Below, piece by piece: positions 12,314 through 23,441 of a stretch of 36,446 bases of DNA (within the stretch, counting starts at the first letter, position 1; every line of letters begins with the position of its first letter). The notes below the pieces were generated by a model. The model made no database searches, had not been told where the DNA came from, and saw only the letters and a program-made list of their open reading frames with translations. Both the position numbers and the translations under genes were made by a program. Source of the DNA: Dirinaria sp. TL-2023a. Taxonomy: Eukaryota. The stretch is taken from assembly GCA_051941275.1 (NCBI GenBank), contig JAVEBF010000061.1, positions 1 through 36,446 on the forward strand, given 5' to 3'.

Positions 12314-13988
12314 TCAGTACACGGGAACTCCTCCACCGTCGGATTCATCCTCGGAATTATCGACAGCTGAAGCGAGACTCGACTCCGGGGGCTCGCAACT
12401 CGATCGCTCCACATCTCCGCCAGACGTCAATTTAGTTTTCTCCAGAAGAAATAAGTCTTCATCTTCTTGAGGCGGAGTGCATATCGCGCGATGCAGATCT
12501 ACTAAAATGTATAATAAGCTATGAAGACCACTAGTTGATACCTCAACTTACGGCCACATGTGTCGGTCGGGAACGGTGCTTTTATATCATCAGCATATAC
12601 TGAAGTGTCCAGGCCCGTAGTCGAGTCAGGATGCGCCCTAAACCCTCGATAGTCTGGTTTAATCTTGTCCAGAACGAACAGACGGATTCCCTGGATCATA
12701 TCGTTTAAGATCTTCTCTTGCTCTTTTACCAATGCCGGCAGATCCTGCTGGATATATGGCGGTTGCCATTGAATATATAAGTTTTCGCTGCAGCCCGACG
12801 TTTGCACCTGCAATGGGTGGGCCTGAAAGTATCGATAGCACAAGAAACAAGCCGGTTTGCTCACGCCAATGTATCGAACCCCGTCCCAGAACGGCAAATT
12901 CTGGCGGTGGAATAGGTCGAGAAGGATTATTTCCGCATGAGTTCTCAGCTTAAATTTCGGGTCCTGGTACTCGTCTCGAATGCGTTTTTCTAGCTGCAGA
13001 TGGAACTTTTCTTCCTGGGATTGCAGCTCTTTCTGGTAGTATTCGCAGACCTGGGGTTCTTTCACCATTCGGTTGATGATACCGTTGATTGACGACTTTC
13101 CCCTATAAGTCGGCGGTGTAAAGTTCAGACGAATTGTCGCGATTTCAATCGAGTATCCCGTAAACAACTGCGGGCAGTGCTTTCCAGCCTCCACTAAAAT
13201 CCACGCAGCTTTCAGGTATGACCCTAGACGGCCGATGTAATGTCGAACACGTGCAAATCGGGCTTCATAAGAAGTGTTCTCTTCGTGTATGCTGCTATTA
13301 TTGGCTCTCTGTTCGACTGCTTTTAAAAACATTGATTTTCTAGCTTCATAGCATAGTCGGCAAAAGTCCAGGATGTTCACGTCTGACTCTGCGATGGATA
13401 AGAGCCAATCTTTCAGATTGTTGGCTTCTGTAATGGAGACAAGTGTTTAATCAGTCAATTGGTGACTTATGGACAAAACTCAGCCTTGTAAAGCAACTAC
13501 GAACCTTCTTCGTTCTGCGTCTCCAATTTTGGGAGGCACGTTTTGATCGCACATTTGACCTTGAATCTATAACGTCGCAGTTTCTCGTCGGCGAACTTCA
13601 TCGCGCTGTCGGAGATTTCGCGTCGCAAAACAGAGACATGCTCATCGCTTGCGTTATAGACTTGACCAAGTCGCTCTAAGATGCTCAAGAGAAATGGCTT
13701 CATTAGCTTGACTTTAGATCCTTTGTGAGTATTCGCGGCCACCCAATAGGTCAAACGAGGACCGTCCTGTATTGCAACCGCGGCCACAGTATCTCCACTA
13801 GGCGAGTAATCGCATATATAGGCAAGCTCGTCAAGGAATCTCTTGCTCAATCTCTTGTCGTTTTCAGACCATGCCTCGTCGGACTTAACATGTCTTCCCT
13901 GAGATTTACCATAAGCCAGTAGGAGTATCAAAGGCTCATAGAATCGATCCCAAAGCTTCTTGTTAACTTGTGGCGGATAAGTGTTCAT
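12314..13988 (-). CDS. OTT_1508-like nucleic acid/nucleotide deaminase-family protein (~515 aa; exons 13988-13505, 13427-12552, 12501-12314)
   Basis: Zn-deaminase motifs RTHAE (HAE at ~12939-12931) and YIGVSKPACFLC; N-terminal RFYEPLILL and FLDELAYICD..GDTVAAVA. Introns 13504-13428 (GTTCGT..CAG) and 12551-12502 (GTAAGT..TAG) keep frame and give an acidic C-terminus ending SEDESDGGGVPVY*. The start codon could lie further upstream. Confidence 0.85.
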
Positions 13989-15646
13989 TTGGGCAATAGC
14001 TAGAGGTTGAATAGTTGGGATGCTCGTTGGAAGCAGAAAAGTTGGCTCCGTGAAAGACTGTACGATATTATGGAGTGTCCAATAACAGACCAAAGCCTAA
14101 GAAGTATTCAAAGCAATATAAAGCGATATGAACACCGAAGATGATTAATTTCGGGTTTGAATATGTCACCGTCGTCGATTTCGACAGCCTTCTAAGAAGA
14201 AAGCGGGGAAGAGATATCTTTTTCCAATCACGCAAAGAAGGTCTTAGTCATAATGACTTACCGAGTATTATGTACCTAGGTAATGTTCTGAATACTGGCC
14301 ATCCAGCGCCCTCGCTTCGTGGTGTGACAACATGATTCGGATAGCGAGCCTATTGGTCGTGTCTTTCTTGGCTTCCTCGATATACTTCTGTTTAAAAGAA
14401 CCCAAAACTCACCTAGCAATGAAATCATTTCGGTATTATTGGTTGTTAAAATGGTAAAGCTGGGGACTGTAAGTAGAAAGATAGTAGTGGGAAAAAGAAT
14501 ACGATTGAGGCCCTCGGTCAAGCTTGCTGTGCGAATAATTCTCTCCATCTCGATCCCCACTTGACACCCTCCACCTCCATTAATATTTTCTAATAGCCAA
14601 GTCCACGAGGACAAGATAAACGGAATCTTTCTCCAGTCAGGATGTAATCTTGATAATTGCCAAGCTACTGGTCTGACGAGAGTCAAGCTCGATCCGGTAC
14701 TATCATAGCTTACATTTTCCGACTCCGCAACTTCGATCCAGATCATGAAGATGTAAGTGGTGAAAGTCGGGTGGAAGAGACAGCAGCGCTAGCGCAATGG
14801 TTTCTTAAGTGTTTAATATAGCTTCTAGAATCAATTAGTTGATCAAGCGAGTCTAGCGTTGAGCAGAAATGCTTCCCTAAATACCTGGTCTAATTCCTGT
14901 TCGATGAAAGCTGCAACTCTCAATGAACGTACCTACTACCTGGGTCTATGCCAGCGTAAAAAATGTGAATGTCGCTATCACTTCTCTGCTTTAACACCAA
15001 GTCCCTAATTCTGAATAGAGCTGAGCGGTGGCATTGAAAATGCACGTTCCGGCGTTCATCAATTGATTATGTGGAGCCCGAGCAAGTTTCCTCAACGGAG
15101 TTCGCTCGAGAATCAAAGAGTCGCGTCTCTGCGAATGCAACCATACTATATTTTATCGCGTTTCAGAAGCCGGAATTTGAGAGTGTTCCAAGGCAGATCA
15201 CGAATCAATGACATCGACCCAGGATCTCATCACTTTTTCCTCCCCACTCCTGCTCATGAGTTGTGAAATATTAGCAAATAAATGACTCTCAGTTTCGATC
15301 GCCGAAGAGAGCATGACGGGACTTTGGACGCTGGACGAGGGTATCGAACAATATCTTTGGACAGAGTTATGATCCCTCAACTCGAGTTTCTTGACGTATC
15401 TCGGCGGATACGCGTCATATCCGTCGTAGACGACATACAATCCGATGAGCAGTTACTGCGAATACCATCGTCATTGACGTTACACAAGAGTAGAGTCGTA
15501 GTCAGAATATTCGTAAGGGCGTCGATATCGTTATGCAATCACTTCAGCAATTAAGCTTCGATTTCTCAACTCCATCCTAGTGTCAGCTGCAATGTCAATG
15601 ATGGAGGTATCTATGAGACTCTCGGTCGAGCTATTGAAGATCTCGC

Positions 15647-16961
15647 TCATTGCTCCTCTACAGCCTGTAAGCTCTTCACCGTATCCACAATCGTCTCCCT
15701 CAGCGACCTATATGTCAAGCCCAGTACGCTCTTTGACCTCGCGTTATCAAAACCATACGTACCCTTCTCCGGGTACCCTCCGGGCTTCAGCGCCTCTCCA
15801 CTGGGTAAGTTCTCCTTCAGCTCTGGAAACGCATCTCCTATGATTTCCGCGATTTCTTTGTTGCAGAAGTGCCCGCTCACAACGAAAAACCGTTTCCCTC
15901 CCGCCTCGTCCTTCTCGGCGGCGAGCACATGTGCTAACGCAAGGTCGCGCACGTCGACGAAGAGGTAGTTTCCTGTCGGCGGGCAGGAGGCTTTGGCGGC
16001 GCCGGTCATGAGATCGCGGGTTCGTTGGTTGGAAGTGTTGAGTGCTGAGAGGGAGTTGAGATAGTGGACGATTGGACCAAGGACTAGTGGCGGATTGCAC
16101 TGTATTGGGAGTCAGCTGCATAGCAGCAGTTGACAGGCAAAATTCGAGAACAGGAACTTACTACTGCGAGAGTGAAATTGGGACTCTCTTGTGCAACAAA
16201 ATCCCAGGCTGCGCGTTCCTGTATCATCATTATCATCTGTACGCCTTCAGTCTTTCTTACCACTTACTGCAAAAGTCTTACTGGCACGGTAGCCGTTAGC
16301 TGGCCCCTCGTAAGCTTCGGCTTCAGTTATTGGGTTCCAGTCCGCCTGTGATTTCCGGTCAGGGTTTTGGAATGAAAAAGCCAGAATGGTGAAGTGCGGG
16401 TTACCTCCGAATATATCTTTCCAACGCTTTGAGCTTGATCCAACATGGCAGCAGTCGATGAGGTGATGACGACTCGTTTGACACTGGGCGCATTGTTCTT
16501 GATTGCTTTCAGTATACCCGTAGTGCCAATGATAGCTAGATAATGTACGATCAGATAAGGCTCGAATCAAGATTTTCCAATTCAGCGCTACAATACCTGG
16601 GTCAAGCATTTCCTTCTTGACGTCAGTAGCATTGAAGTGGTACGGACTCGCCGTATGGATCACGGCTCCAAATGGTGGATCAGAAATGACAGCTTGGTCA
16701 AATGCTATATATACAGGTCAGCGATAGGTTTGCGATACGTTCTACGCTATGAGGTCTCAACGTACCATCTGGTTGAGCGATATCTTCGACAATAGCGAAA
16801 TCAAGCCTATCTTTGCCGAATCTCGGATGCGCCGCTTTGATCGCTTGGGCCTTCTGCAAGGATCTTACAGTGGTAACAACGGAATGTCCTCGTTCAAGCA
16901 GGATGTCCAAAACATTGGCAGCAATGAAACCGCTCCCGCCTGTCAACAGAAATCGTGTCAT
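15647..16961 (-). CDS. NAD(P)H-dependent ketoreductase / GRE2-like extended SDR (epimerase family), 340 aa, 6 exons
   Basis: TGGSGFIA Rossmann motif, VIHTASP, VVITSS, catalytic YRASK, NPPLVLGP, FVDVRDLALAH. Introns 16765-16705, 16596-16536, 16404-16346, 16267-16219 and 16161-16100 are all GT-AG and frame-preserving. Confidence 0.92.
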
Positions 16962-17451
16962 ATTGAGGGATTATATGATGAAGACACAGACGATAGAATG
17001 AGAACAATCTTTTTGCTGTGGAGTCCGGATGTACTCGTACAGACTGGGGCCGACGTCGCTGAATCACAGATTTCCTGAGATTCATTCTTTCACTAGATGA
17101 TGGAGCCTTTATAGATAAGTAAATTACATAAACATCTGACATCTTGGTGGATCAACATTGACACTGATAATGTGAGCATGAATAATCAAGGAGCAAATCG
17201 AGATAGCGACTATTGACCCACCAATGAAAAGGAGCGAAGCGATCCAGGCGAATCGGGAGCGGCCCGTCACTGCCGACCGCAGTCTAGAGAATCTTCGCGG
17301 AGATACTGCCATGAAGGCGCGATACCTCTAAAAGAGCCGGAAATACACATCAATAACGGGAGGGGCCTTGTAGATACCGTATTGATACAATTAATGAAAA
17401 TTTCTTAGGTGTAGATGACGTTGTTTCAGTCCTACGGCGCCTTCTAGGACT

Positions 17452-18645
17452 TCAAGACCCTTGGGCAAGCTTTGCGAACACTTTAGCTGGGTACTCCTCG
17501 TCCACCATCGCTTTAGCAACAGCTGTACGCTCATCAAGGTCCTCCTGCGGTAATCCCAGCTTTTCATTGTCCAAACCGCGCGTGCTCTCATAGTCGCCCC
17601 CGCCATTCGGGAAGAATGTTCTCACAAACGACGCCTGCGCGGCTCCCATACGTGCAGACAGAGGGTCCTGCGCTTTCTTCATGGCTTCCATACCCTCCTG
17701 ATAGCGCTCTTTGCTAGGCACCTTCTCGATCGTCCAGTCCGAGTCCTTATCACCCGAGACACGCTTCCAGCTCTCAAACATATCTACCTGACTTATCAAG
17801 AAGCTGGAGATGACGAGAGGCTTGTTGCGCCACGTGTTCATCGTCGGATTCTTGTCATTTTCATCATCAGGCAGCATCTTCAAGCTCAAAAGAGCAGCAA
17901 CGGCGCGTGCACACTGCTCCCAGGTAGTAACATTGATCTTGGTCGTGCCGTCGTCGTACAGAGTGAGTTTCTTACTCCCAAAATCGAACCCAAACCAGAT
18001 CGGGCCCATAGCTAGGCTGTACTCATACCACAGGCTACATATCATGGAGGTCCATGAGCAGCCGGCAGCCTCGATCTCGGCGAGCATGTTTTCGGGGTCG
18101 CCGCTCAACGGAGCTTCTTTCATCAAAGCTTCGTTGGAGTTGTCCAATGAAAAGACGTTGGGCATGATGTGCTTGATCCCGGCTTTGGCAGCTGCCTGGA
18201 CAATCTTAGAATGGACGTCTGGCGTAGCCGTGGCGGGCAGTGTGATGATAAGAAATTGCTGATCTTTCAAGGCTGTGATGACGCTTGACTCGTTGCTGTA
18301 ATCAACTGGGACTGTTCTGCAGCCGGACGGGACCGAGTTTCGACTGTCATGGCGTGTGAGCGCAGTGACTGTGTGCTTTCCGGCTTTGATAAGGGCTTTG
18401 ATGATGTGCTCGCCCATTTGACCGCTAGCCTGTGACTCGGATTAGTATACGGGGATTTCCGTGAAAAATCCTTGAATCAAATCTTTCCAACCTTAAAGCA
18501 AGCAATGACCGGTTCGACATATTCGATGAGAGCATGTACAGAATATCGCGTAAAGAAAGATAGTTGAACCTACTCCAATGACGGCAACTCGCTCGACGCG
18601 ATTGACGAAGCCCGCAGGCATATCCTTTGCATAGCTCGCAGCCAT
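17452..18645 (-). CDS. CipA-like / NmrA (isoflavone reductase)-family oxidoreductase, 349 aa, 2 exons
   Basis: Exon 1 (18645-18574) encodes MAASYAKDMPAGFVNRVERVAVIG. Intron 18573-18430 (GTAGGT..CAG) is followed by ASGQMG, completing the GxxGxxG motif. Downstream motifs HTVTALTR, VDY, WYEYSL and FGFDF..LYDDG are typical of fungal CipA-like proteins. Confidence 0.88.
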
Positions 18646-19055
18646 GTTGCTCGTGTCCTTCCTCTACTTTTTCTCAACGTATTACGATCTTACTCGATGA
18701 CGCAGCTTTCTTATTATTGGAACGCTCTCATGCATTAAAGAAAAGGAGATCGAACAGAGGGGCAATACATAAAGTACATAAAAGGCACCAGCGATCGAAG
18801 CTGAAGACAATTGCTTACGGGCTTTGTACTCCTTAAGTCCGCCTCCCGCGCACGGAGATAAAAGTTTTGCGCCGGAATCAGCCGATCGTCTCATCTTACA
18901 TCCGAGTCAAACTTCCGTTCATTCTAATTCGAAGTCAAGAGAGAATAGCGATCTATAAAAAATATTTTCCATTTACATGGCTTTCAAATCTACCTTTTTT
19001 TTTTCAAGCTGTGCTTCATCATCAGCCAGAGCTATCAGGGCGGCAGAAGCAGATC

Positions 19056-19750
19056 ATGACCATACACTTCAACGGTTAAATCACTTCCCGCCAGCGAAGC
19101 TTGTATAGCTGTCATGCTGAATATTCCTTCTATAATATACGATTGCCCCCTGGCAATTGATATAATTCTCGACCACTCCCATGATAGGGGCGCCAGCTAC
19201 TCCCCTGATCTTTCCTTCTGAGAAAAACAAAAAGAACTAGATTCTCTACCTTTTCTTCTCCCAAAAAAAAAAGAAAAATAAGAAGAATTTCCTCAGCATG
19301 TAAATTTATCTTCAATTCATCGACAAAGAGTCGCAGCGTCTTCATCGATGGTAAGATCGAGCATTTTCTGCTTAGTTCATATTAGAAACCATTGATCAGC
19401 ATGAATTTTTCCAAAACCTCCTTGAACCCCCTGCATATAAATAACAACTCTAATCCCAAATAACTAATCACAAGTAATTAGTATCTACCCACTTCCCTAA
19501 CCCGTATTCGCTAGATAGGTAAGATACATGGAGCGATAATTTCCAATAGTTCGTTAAAGCTGTTATCGAATCATTCCAAACCCTCGAGAAGATACTAAAA
19601 CCTTACCCCTCAGAACCATCTTCCTCGCCCAATCCTTGTCCTTAGACCAGCCAACCTTCCTTAAATGACCTTAATCTCAACGATGAAATCCCTGGCATAC
19701 ATCGTTCGTTTTTACGGATCGCAACATGAGGGCGTTAGATCTTTGAATTA
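19056..19750 (+). pseudogene. Degraded Zn(II)2Cys6 transcription factor remnant (3' extent uncertain)
   Basis: From the ATG at 19056 the frame reads MTIHFNG*ITSRQRS-L-YS-C-HAEYSF-Y-NIRLPP-G-N*-Y-NSRPLP-*. This gives exact C-x2-C-x6-C-x6-C-x2-C-x6-C spacing, with the Cys codons replaced by TTG, TAT, GGC, TAT and TGA. The surrounding DNA is AT-rich and stop-rich. Confidence 0.55.
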
Positions 19751-20377
19751 AGGGGATTTTTACGCCATGCAAGTTTGTTGCCTCGCCATATTCTATGACA
19801 CAGTACGTTCGGCATTTATCTTAGAAGTGTTGTGGAGCCATCGACGACTAATGGATTATCTTAAAGACTATTTTGAAACCCAGGTTGTAAATGCGGTCTT
19901 CGGGTGGCAGTCTTGAGATCGAGGCGTGGTAAGATTTACGTCGTTAAGGGAAATCGGATCATGTTTCTGCATTCATTGGGTATTTTGAAAACGTTGGATT
20001 GCGGGTCAAAGATTCTAATATAGCTTACCAGTATGCAAAACGACTAAGAAAACACAGGGTCAAAGTGTAGCCGGGGACCTGAGCTTTCACTTAGGGGCAC
20101 GCTGAAATGGTGATCAAAGGTTACAAATCATGATTAATAATTGTAATAGAATCTATCTACAAACGAAGTCCCAACCATCCTTCCAACGCGGATACTCCTT
20201 GCAGACGAGATGTCGTCGACAATTTACCGGTGCTCCACAACATACGAAGTATAATCGGACATTGAAGGTCAGGTTGGAAAAGATACACCAGCGACAGTGA
20301 GAACTCTCCTTGAGATGTTCCCTTGTCGTGAACGGCAGCAGATGCCGATCAGTACAGTATGCATGTTGAGATGCAAC

Positions 20378-20795
20378 TTACAAGCTGATGGGATTGCACG
20401 AAATGACCACAAGGCCGGACTGTATGGGGAAAAAGGACCAAAGGTCAGTGATGGATTCAATAGCTAGCCATCGCCGAAATATGTGAGAAAGAAAACTTGC
20501 CTGATCTCCATTGCAGCAAGCCAGCGACTGCGTCCCCGGGCAAGATGGATCTGCCAGGTTTAGGACTATCAAGGGTGTCAGCTCAAGGCTCCTTGCGAGT
20601 CCGAAGAAAAGGGCAGATCGTACTTCCGAAAACACATCCGGCGCCGGCACCGTTGATGACGGAATTACAACAAGCTAATGACTGGCCATTGTTGCAGCTT
20701 GAGGGTGGGCTGTCGTTCGGGAGGGCAGCTGGTGCAGAAAGAACAGGTGTTGCAATGCCGAGTGAGAGGACGGCAAAGAATGTCGAGAAGTGCAT
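20378..20795 (-). CDS. Hydrophobin (8-Cys, secreted, 92 aa; exons 20795-20624, 20565-20501, 20419-20378)
   Basis: Signal peptide MHFSTFFAVLSLGIATPVLS. The spliced product has C-x7-CC-x10-C-x11-C-x7-CC-x11-C. Intron 1 is 20623-20566 (GTACGA..CTGAC..TAG) and intron 2 is 20500-20420 (GCAAGT..CTGAC..CAG). Confidence 0.85.
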
Positions 20796-20923
20796 GTTGA
20801 TAATCGAGGGTATCTCGTCGGTCTCGAAGGGGGCTTGTAAGGTAGGATAAGTTCCAGAGGTAATAATGCTGGGTCTTGCTTTACAGTTGATTCATCCTCA
20901 AAAGCGGATGAACGAGGACATTC

Positions 20924-20930
20924 TTATATA
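20924..20930 (-). promoter_or_regulatory. Putative TATA box of the hydrophobin gene
   Basis: TATATAA on the minus strand ~130 nt upstream of the ATG at 20795. Confidence 0.4.
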
Positions 20931-23441
20931 TTCCGTCTGGGCTTGGCTCAGCATTGTCATCAGAGGTTTTGCTGGGCTGAAGTCTAATGACGATCGTCAT
21001 TTTCCGCTCTGCCATACGGCCTGAGAGTCTGCCTCTCAAGCAGAGAGGGCAGGAAATTGATAGTTCGGCAATGCACGGGTTCCTGGATCCTGGATCTGCA
21101 AGATACGATGTCGGACAGGAGATATTGAGATCTCGGTATGTAAATCATCGTACGATCCACATGCATACCCCAGCCAGCGCGTCATCACCACAGATTTGTC
21201 TTTCGGAGCAGATCTGATCGTCGAGTGTCTTACCTCCTAATGGTCAATCTATAGAGCTATCTGTAATTTGATCAAGCTTTGGAAATTAGATAGAGTATTG
21301 TATGCAAGATGGTGCACGTTAGCGTGGTTCGAATCCATTGACGGAACAATTTCTTGCCGAGTCGAACCGGATACTTGCATGAGAGGCATCGTTACTGGCT
21401 CAAAGGCATACGCTTTGATTAAGCAACAAAATAGGCTTCGAAGGATTGTCGCTTCGCCTGCATAGAGGTGTCATCCATGCCTCAGCCGCATTCATGGCTA
21501 TTGCGAAATCCGAGAGGTGACAACTGTGGCTGCACGTACTTGCAGCTCTTTGAGCGTGTGAGAAGTGCGAGGACAACCTGTCTCGAATTGCCTGGAACAA
21601 GTTCACGTTCGCAATCAAGAGAAGGAGATAGAAACTGACTTACGAGAGAGCTTTGAGTGGGCCTACTAACGAACAAAATGAGTAGCTCCAAATTAATTCC
21701 TGCATGGCGCTCAACAGTGAACAGTAATGAGATAAGCGGCGCCACAAAATCAAGCCCCAAGATCTCTCGTCTGTCCAAATTCGTCCATGTCAGCGGAACA
21801 TTATGTCCTTCTCAGAGCAGCGCCTGCGTCGGGGGAATCAATGATGCGTCCATCCTGCAGGTATTTTCGCGGTTTTATTTTGGGGTCGGGAATCCCTGCA
21901 TGAATTAGTCGGCGCCCTCTGCAGGTCCCACTTAGCGGATTCGATCAACATGGAAATCTTTTGTGCATACACGAGAAAGCCTTGTTCCTGTTTCGGGAGG
22001 CGGCTTTTCCCATCCGGCTCGTGCGAAGTCGATAGGATGGTTTCCGATTCGATTGTTGATGTTATCTCAAGTCCTGACTAGCTCACTAGTCTGCGCCATT
22101 GGAACCGCTAAATAACGATCATCCAAAGCTAAGACTGTTGCGGAGTCAAGTCTGATGCAGATACGACTGCTTAAAGTGTTTTTGCCAGAATGCACGCTAT
22201 GAAAGACAATCATGAAATCATTTGGCAAGGTGACTATCTTCTACTTTATGGACCGCATGACTACCGTAGGTAAGGGTTGGGTAGGGCGGAGGGGACTCTC
22301 CCTTAGTTAGATCGAACCCTAGTCTAACCCTGCTATCGGCATTCCCGGAATCTATCACTAACCAAGGTACGAGTACAACAAAACCTTCAGAATCAAGGAC
22401 GTTAGACATAGTGCGACTCAGAAGAGAAAATCCGCATCTTTCTTTGCCAAAAATCATCCTACCAGATTACCATGTGGTAGGAGGGCGGTCTGTGCGAGTC
22501 GGAGTCGGAGTTAGTGATACACAGCAAGATAGCCTCGATAGCGTGGACCAGGAACATGCCGAATAGTGAGAAATGTAAAACCATATCTTGTAATGATAAT
22601 GGTGCTGGAATCGAAAGCTGGGGATGGCTGTGACCAGGTATTTAATGCGAGGAGGAAGGGAGAATATCAGTTTTCTTTGTATGATGTGAGGAGGAGGCTG
22701 GATACTGAGTATATCTGCTCGCACAGATATCGACTGGTATGGAGCTTTTTAGCGCACAATTATCTCGTAACATACTGATAAGCAGACGCTCTGCTTCTTC
22801 CTTCCAATTCACTTTCTGTGCCTGTATCCAAGATTCCATGATTACACACGACGTCAAATCGTTTCTCAAGTGTCAAGGTCTGCGATTACTCGGTTTTCTT
22901 CAATGTTTCGCACATGTTTCTCGTCGTCGTCACTTTTTCGAAGAAGATCGTCACGTTAACCGTCCAGCAGCGTTATCGATCGAACTTAACAAACAGCAAC
23001 GACGAGGGAGTTATCGAAGTCAGCATCAAGAAACTCAAGTTAGGATAGACAAAGTTTGATGCCGGGAAAAGTGATTCTGCACTGTGCAACGATACCTTAT
23101 TCTTCTGACGACGTTGCGTAATAAAGAATCTTTTACGCCTCCCGTGTAAATAAAAATATGAGAGGTGCGTGTGTTTTCTGCGGTCTCGAGATGCGACAAC
23201 TGTACTGAAAACATTTAATCATGGGAGTCGAACACGAAGAACAGCAACAAAAGCAATGGTGACGACGGCCATCTCTGGGGGTACATTGGGGCGTCGCTGA
23301 TCCCATTATCGAGTCATTGTTTGCAGTAGGAAGACGATCCACATGTGACTGCGTCTAAACTCTGTGTATAGATCGATCTGTGCTTCTATGAGCTGCACTC
23401 CCTGGTGCCACCATTTCTCTATCCTCCTTGATTTATCCAAG

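Noticed and set aside
14276..14830. 156-aa minus-strand ORF and a possible decayed spliced gene between the deaminase and the reductase
   Set aside because: An intron-like GTAAGC..CAG is present, but the spliced frame has stops and I recognise no family. It needs blastx.
15198..15440. LYVVYDGYD resembling a NACHT Walker B remnant
   Set aside because: A single weak motif with no Walker A or flanking NACHT motifs.
21290..21350. GGTTCGAATCC tRNA T-loop/B-box motif
   Set aside because: No acceptor stem or anticodon arm can be folded around it.
21000..23400. Many short ORFs between the hydrophobin and the P450
   Set aside because: No motifs or coherent splice model; treated as intergenic or decayed sequence.
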